Virus record (IMG/VR): IMGVR_UViG_3300017778_001615
Location: 1-38,253 of that record
Source of the DNA: a virus
Lineage: Duplodnaviria > Caudoviricetes
Length of the DNA stretch: 38,253 bases
Direction: 5' to 3' (one strand)
A program made the translations under genes and the position numbers. Below, one piece after another: positions 1 through 11,700 of this stretch (positions within the stretch are counted from its first letter, which is position 1; each line of letters begins with the position of its first letter). The notes beneath the pieces were generated by a model that had not been told where the DNA came from, did not search any database, and worked only from the letters and a program-made list of their open reading frames with translations.

Positions 1-595
1 TCGAGTAATGGATTGTGCATTAACTTTGCATAATACCTGGACTGTGATGGGTGCTGATATGTCTGGATATACTGAAGAAGAATTATTGTTCGCAGCCATG
101 CATCATGATTTAGGTAAGGCCGGGTTTCCAGGCGAAGGCAATGAAGTGTATCAAACTGAGACTTCTGATTGGCATCGTAAAAATCAAGGAAAGCTTTATA
201 AAACAAATCCAGCAATACCGTTTGCAATGGTACCAGATCTTTCTATTTGGTTGTTACAAGAATATGATGTTAAAATGTCTTGGACCGAGTATCAAGCAAT
301 TAAGATTCATGATGGAATGTATGATGATGCAAATAAACCATACTTTGTTTCTAGATCGCCTCAATCAAAATTAAAGACCAATTTGCCTATTATTTTGCAT
401 CATGCAGATCATATGGCATCTACAATTGAATTTGAAAGATGGCGAAACAAGAAAGAAGGAACTCCAGTAGCAGTTGTTGAAAAATCCAAAACTACAAAAA
501 GCAATGGATTAAAGAATCTAGCAGAAGCTAATCCAACAGTTGGCCAAGCAATGACAGATATATCTAGCATATTCAGTTCATTTAACGCAGAATAA
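1..595 (+). CDS. HD-domain metal-dependent phosphohydrolase (probably 5'-truncated by the window edge)
   Basis: Motifs AAMHHDLGK, IHDGMY and LHHADH are typical of the HD superfamily. The frame is open to the window start, and the first conserved His of HD proteins is not visible. Confidence 0.8.
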   Translation, partial: RVMDCALTLHNTWTVMGADMSGYTEEELLFAAMHHDLGKAGFPGEGNEVYQTETSDWHRKNQGKLYKTNPAIPFAMVPDLSIWLLQEYDVKMSWTEYQAIKIHDGMYDDANKPYFVSRSPQSKLKTNLPIILHHADHMASTIEFERWRNKKEGTPVAVVEKSKTTKSNGLKNLAEANPTVGQAMTDISSIFSSFNAE

Positions 596-597
596 TT

Positions 598-897
598 ATG
601 ATTATAGCACTTATATTAATATCCGTCTTGCTAGCAGGAGCCGCTTCCTACTTAGGTTATCGAGCATATTATCTAGCCGGATCTGTTTCAGATGCCCAGG
701 AATATATTGAAGAATTAGAACTAACTAACTCTTATATGTATTCTCGAATTGAAGATTCATATACTAAAATGCAAGAAATCGATCGACTAGGAGCTTTTGA
801 AAAAGATGATGAAGCAGGAACCACTTTCCAATTATTGCAACAAACAATAACCGAACTTAAAGACACATTCGATGGCCAAGCGCAAGAAGAAAAGTAA
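598..897 (+). CDS. Small membrane-anchored coiled-coil hypothetical protein
   Basis: N-terminal hydrophobic stretch IIALILISVLLAGAASYLGY followed by an acidic heptad-like helix. Tightly packed between its neighbours. Confidence 0.65.
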   Translation: MIIALILISVLLAGAASYLGYRAYYLAGSVSDAQEYIEELELTNSYMYSRIEDSYTKMQEIDRLGAFEKDDEAGTTFQLLQQTITELKDTFDGQAQEEK

Positions 898-1573
898 TGT
901 ATATTTTACGAAGATCCAGGATATGGCAATTTCTGCTTATAATCGGATTGAAGATAGACCAGTTCTTCGAGAACGTGTTTACCGAAGATTTATTTATCCA
1001 GCTTTCATGAAAATGGCAGAGAATCTAATTAATAAAATGAAACCGGTTTATATCGATAGTTCATTTTTAGATTTACAAACCGACCTGGTTACTTACCTAA
1101 CTGAAAGACTTCGTAAATTTAATCCAACTGCTGGAAAGGCATATTCTTATTATACCAGAACATCATTTAACTATTTAATTGCTGAGAATCAAAAAGGTTA
1201 TGCAAAACTTAAAGCAGATACCGGTGAATTAGATATTGATGAACAAAGAAATATTGGAATTGAAATGCATAATGATGATATGCGAGAAACGCTCCGGGAA
1301 TTTATGGATGCTTACATTGAATATTGTTATAACAACTTAAATTTTATTTTTACTAATCCAACTGATATTCATGTTGCTGACTCAATATTACATATTTTTG
1401 AGTCTCGAGAAAATATAGAAGACTTTAATAAAAAAGCTTTGTATATTTTTATTCGTGAAAGATCTGGCCTAGAAACATCAAATATTACTCGTGTAATAAA
1501 AGTTCTTAAAGAATTATATGAAGAGAAGTTTAAAGAATATGAACAAGAAAACTTCATAAATCTACCTTTTTGA
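872..1573 (+). CDS. Phage sigma-factor-like protein (sigma70 region 2; candidate gp55-like late sigma)
   Basis: DLQTDLVTYLTERLRKFNPTAGKAYSYYTRTSFNYLI resembles sigma region 2.2-2.4 (kfd..kg.aFsY.t....n). Possible C-terminal HTH (IRERSGLETSNITRVIK). Confidence 0.65.
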   Translation: MAKRKKKSNVYFTKIQDMAISAYNRIEDRPVLRERVYRRFIYPAFMKMAENLINKMKPVYIDSSFLDLQTDLVTYLTERLRKFNPTAGKAYSYYTRTSFNYLIAENQKGYAKLKADTGELDIDEQRNIGIEMHNDDMRETLREFMDAYIEYCYNNLNFIFTNPTDIHVADSILHIFESRENIEDFNKKALYIFIRERSGLETSNITRVIKVLKELYEEKFKEYEQENFINLPF

Positions 1574-1580
1574 TATTTAT
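1573..1580 (+). promoter_or_regulatory. Putative late promoter ATATTTAT
   Basis: One of 11 intergenic copies. Overlaps the TGA of the upstream gene and lies 25 nt before ATG 1598. Confidence 0.7.
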
Positions 1581-1597
1581 ATTAAAGGATTTGAATT

Positions 1598-2038
1598 ATG
1601 GACAAGAATGATGAATTATTCAAAGGCACTAGTTTTGCTGACTTAATGTCCGATGTCTATCATAACTCTAAAAAGAAAGATAGACAAATAAATCAATTGA
1701 TTGCCCAGTTACAACCACTTATACGTAATGCATCAGATGCTACGATTATAGTCCCATTAATTAAAGAATACTTAGACGTTGCTGTGAAGAATGATGATCA
1801 TCTTGTCAAACTAACGGCAATTGTTCAAAGATTTATTTCAACTAAACAAACTATTGCTGGCGCGGATGGACTATTAAGTGATGAAGAAAAAACTCAATTA
1901 TTAAAAATTGCCGAATCAACATTATCTTCCGAATTAGAAGATGAAATACAAAGTATCAATGATGAAGCAGAAGCAATTAAACAACAAATATCAGTTACTC
2001 AAGCTAAGTTAGGAAAGGACCTAAATGGATCAATATAA
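1598..2038 (+). CDS. Hypothetical helical/coiled-coil phage protein
   Basis: 146-aa ORF following a putative late promoter and AAGGA. No recognisable catalytic motif. Confidence 0.7.
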   Translation: MDKNDELFKGTSFADLMSDVYHNSKKKDRQINQLIAQLQPLIRNASDATIIVPLIKEYLDVAVKNDDHLVKLTAIVQRFISTKQTIAGADGLLSDEEKTQLLKIAESTLSSELEDEIQSINDEAEAIKQQISVTQAKLGKDLNGSI

Positions 2039-3047
2039 CCAAGTTCAATTTGAAATTGCTGAGGTATTAGCTTACGATGATACTTACAAATATATTGACC
2101 CATCCTCCCCAAATGGTAATACTAGCAATTTATTTTCTATAAAAGCCCGCGGATGTAGTTCATATTATAATCACACTGAATTAACTGCTAAGCCAGCAAA
2201 TATTAACATGAAACGTATTCCATTAGTTGGAGAATATGTATTACTAGTTAAAACATTTAATCATGAAGCTACATCTGAAAAATGGCGTCACTGTTGGTAC
2301 TATTTGTCAACCGTAGATATCCAGTCATCAATTAATGATAATACAATTCCTGGACTATCAATTCAATTAGATCAGGAACAAATTGATGCCACGCTGCCGG
2401 GAACTACATTTCAACCAAAAGTTATATCACCATTACAGCCATTTGAAGGAGATTCGATTATTGAAGGTCGATGGGGTAACAGTATACGATTTGGTAGTAC
2501 TGTTGATTTGTCGAATACATATAGTATTGATAGACCATGGGAAGGCAAACAAACCGGTGATCCTATTACTATAATAGCAAATGGACAAAAAAATTATACA
2601 AATAAGCAATTCACTGTTGAGAATATTGAATCAGATGATGCATCTTTATATTTAACTAGTACCCAAAGTATTCCTAATATTAAATTAAATAATATTTTAA
2701 AAATAGGAATATCTGATTCTGCATTTAATAAATCTCAATTTATTGGTGTTGCTGATCGTGTTATACTAAAAGCAAAAACAGATGTAGTTGCATTAGATTC
2801 GCAAAAAGGTATTGAACTATTATCTCCAAAGGTAAATATCGGTACCGGACCGTACGAACCAATACTACAAGGACCAGCGGTTCAAGAGTTACTACAAAAA
2901 ATTGTCATGGTGATTCAACATGGATTTGTAGATTCATCTGGTGCTATCTGTACCCCAATCAATAATGCATTATCTGGTATTGATTTATCTAGATTGCTGA
3001 GTAAGACTATTCAAATTGATCAATACAAAGAAGACTTAATTGCATAA
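2025..3047 (+). CDS. Baseplate hub/central spike protein (gp5-like, no lysozyme domain seen)
   Basis: OB-fold-like N-terminus (RIPLVGEYVLLV), then PFEGDSIIEGRWGNSIRFGST and short beta-strand repeats, then an EPILQG helix. Lies upstream of the gp25- and gp6-like genes. Confidence 0.6.
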   Translation: MDQYNQVQFEIAEVLAYDDTYKYIDPSSPNGNTSNLFSIKARGCSSYYNHTELTAKPANINMKRIPLVGEYVLLVKTFNHEATSEKWRHCWYYLSTVDIQSSINDNTIPGLSIQLDQEQIDATLPGTTFQPKVISPLQPFEGDSIIEGRWGNSIRFGSTVDLSNTYSIDRPWEGKQTGDPITIIANGQKNYTNKQFTVENIESDDASLYLTSTQSIPNIKLNNILKIGISDSAFNKSQFIGVADRVILKAKTDVVALDSQKGIELLSPKVNIGTGPYEPILQGPAVQELLQKIVMVIQHGFVDSSGAICTPINNALSGIDLSRLLSKTIQIDQYKEDLIA

Positions 3048-3061
3048 CTAAAGATAATAAT

Positions 3062-3865
3062 ATGTCAATCGGAACACAAATACCATCACAAATTGTTAAA
3101 AAGATAATACCTATATTATCTGGTAAAATGTCAACAATATCTAATTTAGCTAATAAAACTGCATTAGACTGTTTGAATCTACCTCCGGAGACTCAATGTA
3201 GCGATCCTTTAATTTCAAAAGTTAAACAACAACTAGCTGACCTACAAACATTAATTAATGAACTAGATACATTAATCAATAATATAAGTTCGATTGCTAA
3301 TTCAATACAGGTAGTAGCTACGGTTGCAACTGCATTAAAATTAGTACAATTAGCAATTCCCGCAGTACCTGGTGTGCCGTCCGGACCGATTACAGAATTA
3401 ATTAATATATTTACAAAACTTATAGAAAATTCAAAATCCGGCGTAGACAGCCTAACAAATATACTAGAAAATATTAAATCTCAATTTAATAGTATCAATA
3501 GTAATATAGCAAATTCTATTAAAAAATTATCATCAATTTGTAGTAATGAACAATTTGAAACTTCAGAAGATATTGCTAGATTAATTAATCCTGTGGGATT
3601 ATCGCTAGAATATACTAGTAAATTTTATACTACGACTAATGTATCACAAGAAGATATTGATTTCCGAGTAGACAGTATACAAGATTTATTAGATGATCAA
3701 ATTAATGTAATGCAAAATTTAATCGAAGCTCCAAGCAAAGTAATAACATCAGAAATTCCTCCAGTTATAACGGATGGTAATATTAATGATTATTTTGTTA
3801 ATACATCAACAAATCAAATATTTGGCCCTAAAACTAATAAAGGTTGGGGAACACCCGTAAATTAA
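3062..3865 (+). CDS. Hypothetical baseplate-associated helical protein
   Basis: Long amphipathic helices. The C-terminal GNINDYFVNTSTNQIFGPKTNKGWG resembles a small motif seen in fibre proteins. Confidence 0.55.
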   Translation: MSIGTQIPSQIVKKIIPILSGKMSTISNLANKTALDCLNLPPETQCSDPLISKVKQQLADLQTLINELDTLINNISSIANSIQVVATVATALKLVQLAIPAVPGVPSGPITELINIFTKLIENSKSGVDSLTNILENIKSQFNSINSNIANSIKKLSSICSNEQFETSEDIARLINPVGLSLEYTSKFYTTTNVSQEDIDFRVDSIQDLLDDQINVMQNLIEAPSKVITSEIPPVITDGNINDYFVNTSTNQIFGPKTNKGWGTPVN

Positions 3866-3873
3866 TAATTACA

Positions 3874-3881
3874 ATATTTAT
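3874..3881 (+). promoter_or_regulatory. Putative late promoter ATATTTAT
   Basis: ATATTTATATAAA, 23 nt before ATG 3897. Confidence 0.7.
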
Positions 3882-3896
3882 ATAAAAATAAGTACT

Positions 3897-4403
3897 ATGG
3901 ATAATAAAACATTTATATTAGCTCTACGCAAGATAGTCCGTGAAGAATTAAAAACGGTTATTAAACAAGAACTAACTGAGATTTTGAAGGAAGGTTTAAA
4001 ACCTACTATTTCAGAAATGGCACAGCCAGCAAAACCAAAAAATATTGCAGGAAATCAAAAACCAGCACCAAAGAAAAAACCAATGTTTGAAGATAATCGT
4101 TGGGCATCTATTTTAAATGAAACGGAAGCAATGTATGAACAGCGACCTGAGCCTATGAATAGTTTTGCTGAAATGATGAATGAATCTGTAGACGAAATTA
4201 CCATGACATCACGTGATGCACAAGGGTTTGGAATGATGCGTCAAAATATGCAACAAGCAATGAGTGGTATAGATCCGGCTCCAGCAGTAATGGAGGATCC
4301 AGAAACCGGTAAAATATATGAAGTAGCTCCGGAAGTTGCATCTGCACTTACTAGAGATTATTCTGCATTGATGAAAGCAATTGATAAAAAGAAAAATAGA
4401 TAA
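3897..4403 (+). CDS. Hypothetical virion-associated protein
   Basis: Sits in the late module. N-terminal LRKIVREE...ILKE helix with several L/I/V-x-E sites. Confidence 0.6.
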   Translation: MDNKTFILALRKIVREELKTVIKQELTEILKEGLKPTISEMAQPAKPKNIAGNQKPAPKKKPMFEDNRWASILNETEAMYEQRPEPMNSFAEMMNESVDEITMTSRDAQGFGMMRQNMQQAMSGIDPAPAVMEDPETGKIYEVAPEVASALTRDYSALMKAIDKKKNR

Positions 4404-4846
4404 TGGGATATCAAGTCGTACCGGTAAATAATATTGTAACTGTAACTAATAATGTTGGTTTAGGTGTAGCATTTTCTACTGGTACTCGTGGATTATTTAG
4501 TAGTATATATACAACCCCGCAACAAGTAAAAGAAAATTTAAAAGCATTATTATTAACACGGGTTGGTGAGCGACATATGCAACCAACGTTTGGTACCAAT
4601 TTGTTGAATATTATCTTTGAACCAAATATATCAGATTTGAAAGACGATATTACTGATCTACTTACAGTCCCAATAAATTATTGGATTCCTTCAATTTCTA
4701 TAGAATCGGTTGATATTATTACAAATGAAGACGATCCTACAATGATTCATAATTTAAAAATAACAATAAAATATTCAGTTCAGAATTTTTCGCCAGATAC
4801 GATTACATTCATATCATCGACTGATGGCACACTTGCAGTTGAATAG
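4403..4846 (+). CDS. Baseplate wedge subunit, gp25/GPW family
   Basis: QVKENLKALLLTRVGERHMQPTFGTNLLNIIFEP is the characteristic gp25 motif. Confidence 0.9.
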   Translation: MGYQVVPVNNIVTVTNNVGLGVAFSTGTRGLFSSIYTTPQQVKENLKALLLTRVGERHMQPTFGTNLLNIIFEPNISDLKDDITDLLTVPINYWIPSISIESVDIITNEDDPTMIHNLKITIKYSVQNFSPDTITFISSTDGTLAVE

Positions 4847-4854
4847 GGAATAAT

Positions 4855-6735
4855 ATGGAAACAAAAAAAGATATATCGTATATAGGAAAAGATTTTGGAC
4901 AGTTTCGTAAAAACTTAATTGATTTTACAAAACAATACTTTCCGGAAACATATACAGATTTTAATGAATCATCTCCCGGGATGTTATTTGTTGAACTTGC
5001 AGCATATGTAGGGGATGTATTATCATTCTACACTGATTCAAATTTAAAAGAATCATTATTAGAACAAGCTACTGAACGTGGTAATGTGTATGATATTGCA
5101 AAATCATTAGGATATAATCCTGTAAATTCAATACCAGCACATGTAATGTTAGATGTTTATCAGCTAGTACCCGCAATTGGTACTGGTGCTGCTGTTGCTC
5201 CTGATTTTAATTATGCTTTAGCAATTCGCCCAGGAATGCAAGTTAAACAAACAACCGGCCCTTCGGTATTTAGAACATTAGATTCAGTTGACTTTGGATT
5301 CTCATCTTCATATGATACTACAGAAGTTACTATCTATGAAAGCAATGATGTTACTAACTTGCCAACTTATTACTTATTAAAAAAATCAGTTAAAGCGGTA
5401 TCGGGAGATGTTAAGACCGCTACATTTACATTTACAACCCCAGTTGCATATGATAAATTTGTATTACCAGAAACTAATATTATTGAAATTGTTTCGGTAA
5501 CAGAATCAGATGGCGATGCTTGGTATGAAGTTCCATACTTAGCACAAGACACAATATTTGAAGATGTTCCTAATTTATTAGAAAATGATCCAGACCTAGC
5601 TCCATATCGAGATTCATCTCCTAGTTTATTAAAACTTAAGAAAACAGCAAAACGTTTTGTATCCCGTTTACGAAGTGATAATAAATTAGAAGTACAATTT
5701 GGTGCTGGAATATCTGATAATAATGATGAAGAAATTGTTCCCAATCCTGACAATGTAGGAAATGGCTTAGCAGGATTTCGTAGATCAGTTGATATTGATA
5801 TTGACCCGTCTAATTTTTTATATACGAGAACATATGGCCAAGCGCCTTCAAATACAACATTAACTGTAACGTATACTACCGGGAATGGATTAGTTGATAA
5901 CGTTCCAGCAAATGTATTAACTAAAATTAATTTTATAGAGTATGAAACTGATATTAATAGTACATCAAATGCTGGCCTAGTTAATTTTGTTAAAAATACA
6001 GTAGCAGTTTCAAACCCTGCTCCAGCAAATGGTGCTAAGACTGCAGATACGTTGCAAGACATTAAAAATAATGCTTTAGCTAATTTTGCTACTCAAAATC
6101 GTTTAGTAACTAGAGAAGATTATATTATACGTTCTTATTCAATGCCAGCAAAATTTGGTAGTGTTGCAAAAGCATACATTGTTCCGGATGATCAGTTATC
6201 GCAACAAGATTACCAACAATCTAGAATCGCTAACCCATTAGCAATGAATATGTATGTATTAGGATTTAATTCATCTAAACAATTAACTGAGTTAAATTTA
6301 GCAGTAAAAGAAAACTTAAAAACATATTTAGGATATTATCGAATACTAACGGATGCTGTAAATATTAAAGATGCATTTATTATTAATCTAGGAGTTCAAT
6401 TTGAAATATCAGTACTTCCAAATTATAATAGCAATGAAATACTATTAAAATGTATTAGCACAGTTCAAGATTATTTTAATATCGATCGTTGGCAAATCAA
6501 TCAACCAATTGTTAAATCTGATATTTTAAATTTAATTGGAAACATAAAAGGCGTTCAATCAGTTATTGGAGTATCATTTAATAATCTATATGATACCACA
6601 TTAGGATATTCCGGTAACACCTATGATTTAAATACTGCTACAAAAAATGGCGTTGTATATCCATCATTAGATCCTAGTATTTTTGAAGTTAAATTCCCAA
6701 CACAAGACATAAAAGGTCGAGTAGTAAATTATTAA
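4855..6735 (+). CDS. Baseplate wedge subunit, gp6/baseplate-J family
   Basis: KDFGQFRKNL, TDFNESSPGMLFVELAAYVGDVLSFY, FGAG and ATQNRLVTREDY motifs. Directly follows the gp25-like gene. Confidence 0.9.
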   Translation: METKKDISYIGKDFGQFRKNLIDFTKQYFPETYTDFNESSPGMLFVELAAYVGDVLSFYTDSNLKESLLEQATERGNVYDIAKSLGYNPVNSIPAHVMLDVYQLVPAIGTGAAVAPDFNYALAIRPGMQVKQTTGPSVFRTLDSVDFGFSSSYDTTEVTIYESNDVTNLPTYYLLKKSVKAVSGDVKTATFTFTTPVAYDKFVLPETNIIEIVSVTESDGDAWYEVPYLAQDTIFEDVPNLLENDPDLAPYRDSSPSLLKLKKTAKRFVSRLRSDNKLEVQFGAGISDNNDEEIVPNPDNVGNGLAGFRRSVDIDIDPSNFLYTRTYGQAPSNTTLTVTYTTGNGLVDNVPANVLTKINFIEYETDINSTSNAGLVNFVKNTVAVSNPAPANGAKTADTLQDIKNNALANFATQNRLVTREDYIIRSYSMPAKFGSVAKAYIVPDDQLSQQDYQQSRIANPLAMNMYVLGFNSSKQLTELNLAVKENLKTYLGYYRILTDAVNIKDAFIINLGVQFEISVLPNYNSNEILLKCISTVQDYFNIDRWQINQPIVKSDILNLIGNIKGVQSVIGVSFNNLYDTTLGYSGNTYDLNTATKNGVVYPSLDPSIFEVKFPTQDIKGRVVNY

Positions 6736-6743
6736 GGATATAA

Positions 6744-7874
6744 ATGTTTAGAATATTTTATGCAGAAAAAGATGCAACGTTGTATGAATCTGTACCAACA
6801 CAGAATACTGGATTAGATGAAATCTTAGAAATTGGGAAACGATTGGATACCGATGGTTCAACTCTTTTAAAATCAAGAAGTCTTGTTAAATTTGATATGA
6901 CAGAAATTTCTGCATCTCTATCTACTTATGGAAAAACAGTAAATGACTCTAAATTCGTATTGCAATTATATACATCTCATGCAAAAAATCTGCCGGCTGA
7001 ATACACTGTAACAGCTAAATTAGTAGGAGAAAATTGGATAAATGGTACAGGATATTTAGCAGCTGCTACAACCGATGGTGCAACGTGGTCTGATCCAGAA
7101 ATGGGTAATACTGTTAATACTTGGATATCATCGAGTCAGAATATACAAATTGGGTCTAGCTCATTGTATGTATCCGGAAGTGGTGCTGGTGGCGGTTCGT
7201 GGATGTATCAATCTGCATCATTAGGGGCAACTGCTGGTTTACAAACATCTGAATCATTTTCTTATAGACCATCTGATGTTAATATGGATGTTACTAGTGC
7301 CGTAAAGATTTGGGTATCAGGTAGTGGAGGTGCTACTATTCCTAATTATGGATTTTTAATTCAATTTTCTGATGCCGATGAATTAAATGATATTGTAAAA
7401 GGGTATGTTAGATTTTTCAGTCGTGAAACTCAGACAATATATGTTCCTAGATTAACGATGTACTGGGATAATAGCACTTTTACAACGGGATCATTGGCCG
7501 CGGCTAACTTAGAGTCATATATAGTATATACCAATATTAAACCAACGTATAAAGATACCGAGATAGCTAAAATTAGAATATATACAAGAGATAAATATCC
7601 GCAAAAATCTCCTACTAATTTATTCCCGGAACAAACAGTAAAATTCTTGCCGGCTACAACTAGTTACGCAGTATTTGATGCCGCTACAGATGAAGCCATA
7701 ATTCCTTTTGATGATATTTATAATAAAGTGAGTTGCGATACTACTAGTAATTTTGTCTACTTAGATTTAAATGGCCTTATGCCAGAACGTTATTATCGTT
7801 TAGAATTTAAGATTAAAGATGGCTTTACTACACAGTATGTAGACGACCAAATTTATTTTAAAGTAATCAGATAA
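6744..7874 (+). CDS. Virion structural protein with a DNRLRE-like beta-sandwich domain
   Basis: AEKDATLY...RSLVKFD...DVTSAVKIW...NYGFLI...FFSRE...PRL pattern, in baseplate context. Confidence 0.6.
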   Translation: MFRIFYAEKDATLYESVPTQNTGLDEILEIGKRLDTDGSTLLKSRSLVKFDMTEISASLSTYGKTVNDSKFVLQLYTSHAKNLPAEYTVTAKLVGENWINGTGYLAAATTDGATWSDPEMGNTVNTWISSSQNIQIGSSSLYVSGSGAGGGSWMYQSASLGATAGLQTSESFSYRPSDVNMDVTSAVKIWVSGSGGATIPNYGFLIQFSDADELNDIVKGYVRFFSRETQTIYVPRLTMYWDNSTFTTGSLAAANLESYIVYTNIKPTYKDTEIAKIRIYTRDKYPQKSPTNLFPEQTVKFLPATTSYAVFDAATDEAIIPFDDIYNKVSCDTTSNFVYLDLNGLMPERYYRLEFKIKDGFTTQYVDDQIYFKVIR

Positions 7875-8791
7875 TGGATAATACATATAATAAAGATCTT
7901 GAAAATGTAAGACCGGATTTAGTATCAGTTTCTGGTAGATTGAAGCCAGACCCAGTTTCATTAGCTCAACAAGCAAAATACAAACAACAAGGTCTAACTG
8001 TAACTTCGAATAATACTTCAATTATCCCTAGGGATTCCGCCGGGAATATTATATTGCAAGAAAATTCTGAAACAAATCCGCTATTAATTATAGAACCAGT
8101 AACAACTAAAATAACTACTAATTCGATATTACGGGTTATTAATACACAGTTTCAATATTATAGTTTCCCAGTATCTGTACGTACTACGACTAGTAATGCA
8201 TCAATTGATTTGAATATTGACTTAGATAATTTAGATGTAGATCCAATATTTGCAAGATATAAACCTAGCGCTGATTTAGAGCCAGATCAAGCGCCTGTTT
8301 CAGCTGGTGCTAATTTCTATTCTGGGATATTAATGGATGAAGTTGAAGATGGATTGCCACAACGAGTAAATAACGGATATTATATAACTAAAGAAATTAA
8401 AAACTCGGGCAAAGATTTACGATTTAGAATTAAATTAAAGCATCAATACGTAGCACCAACTGGGTATGGAACAACTTATTTTAGTTTAATAAAAAGTGGA
8501 CCAGATTACCCATTAAATAGAGCTTGGCGCGAACCGTTTGCTACTACTAGTAGAAACGCACCGGATGTTTTCGGGTCTATCTGGCCAGGACCTGATTCAG
8601 CTCAAACAATTTATTTAGATGAAATTATTACGAATGAAGATTTTGAAATTGGCGATGTATTTGGAATAGGAATTAGTGTAGGAGGCGTTGATAAACCAAA
8701 TAATATTTTCCATATTTTAATTGCAGATCAATCATATTGGGTAATCACAGATGCATCTAAAAATGTAGATAACTGGAATCAAGAAATATAA
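7874..8791 (+). CDS. Hypothetical virion structural protein
   Basis: Beta-rich ORF translationally coupled (TAATG) within the baseplate operon. Confidence 0.55.
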   Translation: MDNTYNKDLENVRPDLVSVSGRLKPDPVSLAQQAKYKQQGLTVTSNNTSIIPRDSAGNIILQENSETNPLLIIEPVTTKITTNSILRVINTQFQYYSFPVSVRTTTSNASIDLNIDLDNLDVDPIFARYKPSADLEPDQAPVSAGANFYSGILMDEVEDGLPQRVNNGYYITKEIKNSGKDLRFRIKLKHQYVAPTGYGTTYFSLIKSGPDYPLNRAWREPFATTSRNAPDVFGSIWPGPDSAQTIYLDEIITNEDFEIGDVFGIGISVGGVDKPNNIFHILIADQSYWVITDASKNVDNWNQEI

Positions 8792-8794
8792 AAT

Positions 8795-11700
8795 ATGTTA
8801 GATCAATATAAAAATACCGCACAAATACAAGCTAAAAATGGCTCTGTTTCTGCGGAGCGTTTATCTCAGAGTAAAACAAGGCTCTTAAGTTTTGATGCTG
8901 ATGAGTCTATTTATTTTAATCCAGAAATTGCAGCACAGGGAATTGATTCTAGAACCGAGTTACATGTTTATAATAATAATACGTGGATCACTGCTAATCA
9001 TTCTGTACATAAACTAACTAAGATTCCAGAATACCGAGATACGATTACAAATCAATTAATAACATTCTCATCGCCACCGGTTGCTATTGATTTATACAAT
9101 GAATTTAAACAATTAAATTTAACCTCTGGAAATTTTAATATTGTTGTTAATTTCTTTAAAAACTTAATTGGTAGTTATGATAAACAATACTTAAGGATTG
9201 ACGGAATATCCCCGGATAGAAAAGAGATCCGTCTTCGAGCAATTGACGGTACCGATCCGAAATTTTTATCACAGATTACTAATTATATTAATACCGTACA
9301 ACAAACCGCGTCTACTTTTTATAAATCATATTTACTAAATTTTAGTAGAAATAAAAACATATTGTTTGTTAATAGTGTAGTTATTGGCGATTATTTATAT
9401 GTTAAGTTGTATGAAGCTTTACCGTCAGATATCGAAGTTGATTTCAAATGTTGGGTAGTTGAAGAATTAAAAGACGCATATATTGATTCAGTTCAAATTG
9501 CACCAGATGTAATTGCAACCCGTACAAATAAGTTAGCAAATCCAAATTGGTATGCAAATGCATCATATAATATATCGTCAGAAACTGGGCTTAAAAATTG
9601 GAATGATTTATTAGGATCTTCCGTACAAACATCGCAGCAAATTGTTGATGCATATTTTTCTGGCAGTTTAGCTGGAATGAAATTAAACATTGATTATTCA
9701 GATTTTAATAACTTTGTATTCTATAGTTCAGCTACTGAAAGATTGCAGAATTTTAAATATAAATTAGATTTATTAGAATATTATACATCACAGAGTTTAG
9801 TAGTATCTCAATTATCAGGAAGTGTTGCAACAACCAATGTAGTTGATTATACAACAACTAAAACTAATTTAGTTAGTGGATTTGATGCATTCGAACAATA
9901 TTTATACTATCAATCATCGTCGATATTAACAACATATGAAATACCAGTCGTTTCTCCAAATGTAGCTGATGTTACTGGCAGTTATATAACGCCTGTACCA
10001 AAATCAACTAGTACATATCCATATGCTTTGGTTTCTACTACTAGTACACAATTTACAACTTGGTTTGATAATTTAATAGTGTCAGCATCATTATATGATA
10101 CTTTAAACTTGAATGCATTAACCGCAGCAATTCCGGAATATATTCGATTTGATTCAGCTAATGTCGATTTAGGCACATTTGTTAATATGTTAGGACATCA
10201 TTATGATATACTATATACGTATATTAATCATATGTCTAAAACCAATAAACGAGAAGAAAATCCTAAATTAGGAATGCCAAATGAATTGTTATATTCAGTA
10301 GCAAAACAATTTGGTTGGAACTTAACAGACGGAAATCAATATCAGGATCTATGGCAATATGTACTAGGTACATCGGAAACAGGAACACCATTAACTGGGT
10401 CTATTTCTGTTGGAGATCCTAGTGTACCAGGCCGAGATATGACATATACAGTGTGGAGACGTATTGTAAATAACTTGCCTTTGCTATTAAAATCTAAAGG
10501 TACTAAACGCAGTGTTCAAGCATTATTATCTTGTTATGGTATTCCTCAATCAATGATATCAATCAATGAATATGGCGGCCCGAGATTAGACCGAGCACCT
10601 GTATATGAAAAATTGAATTTTGATTATGCACTGGATTTAATTGGAACAACTACAGGTACTGTTACTATAAATTATACTGGATCTGTACAGTCAGTTGAAC
10701 TTCGTTTTAGAACAGACAATGTAATTACAAACCCAACAATGCCGAGCACAATGAACCTATTTAATATAGGGTCAAATGCCGTAACATTAGATTATACATC
10801 AGGCACATTAGGTAAAATTAAAATTAATGGAACTGGATCTGGCAACATTGAAATGTTTGATGGTGGTTGGCTTACGGCATTACTTCTAGTAACTGGATCT
10901 AATTTACAAGTACTTGCAAAGCGATCTAAGTATGGAAAAATTGTTGCAGCCGTTTCTGCGTCGGCTACTGCTTCAATTGCTACATCGGGTTCTTTAACGT
11001 TGGGTTCTACAAGTACTGGTGCTAGCAGATTAAAAGGCGAATTGCAGGAATTGCGATTATGGAATGCTAATGTCTCTACCTATTTTGATAATCACGTAAA
11101 AGCCCCAGCAGCATATAATAGTGCAAATCCATACAATGAGTTAATATTCCGATTACCATTAACCCAAAAAGTTAATCACACACTTACTGGCTCAATGCAA
11201 GGCGTACAACCGGCGACATCATCATTTACAGCATCATTTACTGGTTGGTCGACTGCAACTCCATATGATTCAATTGAAGAAACATATTACTATGATTCGC
11301 CATCTCTAGGCGCAGGTACATTTGATGATAATAAAATTCGCCTAGAAGCTAATGATTTAGTCGGAACACTAGATGTTAAAACTAGAGCAGAACGTAGTCA
11401 ATTTGATACTGCAGCATTAGACAGTAAAAAATTAGGTGTATATTTTTCGCCACAAACAATGATTGATGAAGATATCATTGCTCAATTAGGATTCACTGTA
11501 TTAGATGAATATATTGGAGATCCTGGCGAAACTGATTCAATGTCATATCCAGAATTAATCCAAGCCGCTCAAACATATTGGAAGAAATATAAAACTAGAA
11601 ATGATATCAATGCATATATTAATATGTTTACATTGTTCGATCTTTCATTCTTCCGACAATTAGATCAATTACTTCCGGCACGTGTTGATAAATTAACCGG

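Noticed and set aside
1598-2038. Small terminase subunit call
   Set aside because: Size and helicity fit, but there is no diagnostic motif and it lies far from terL, so it was left as hypothetical.
5370-6062. 230-aa minus-strand ORF, and similar ones at 12640-13086, 29208-29609 and 30359-30694
   Set aside because: Antisense shadows of well-supported + strand genes, with no motifs or expression signals.
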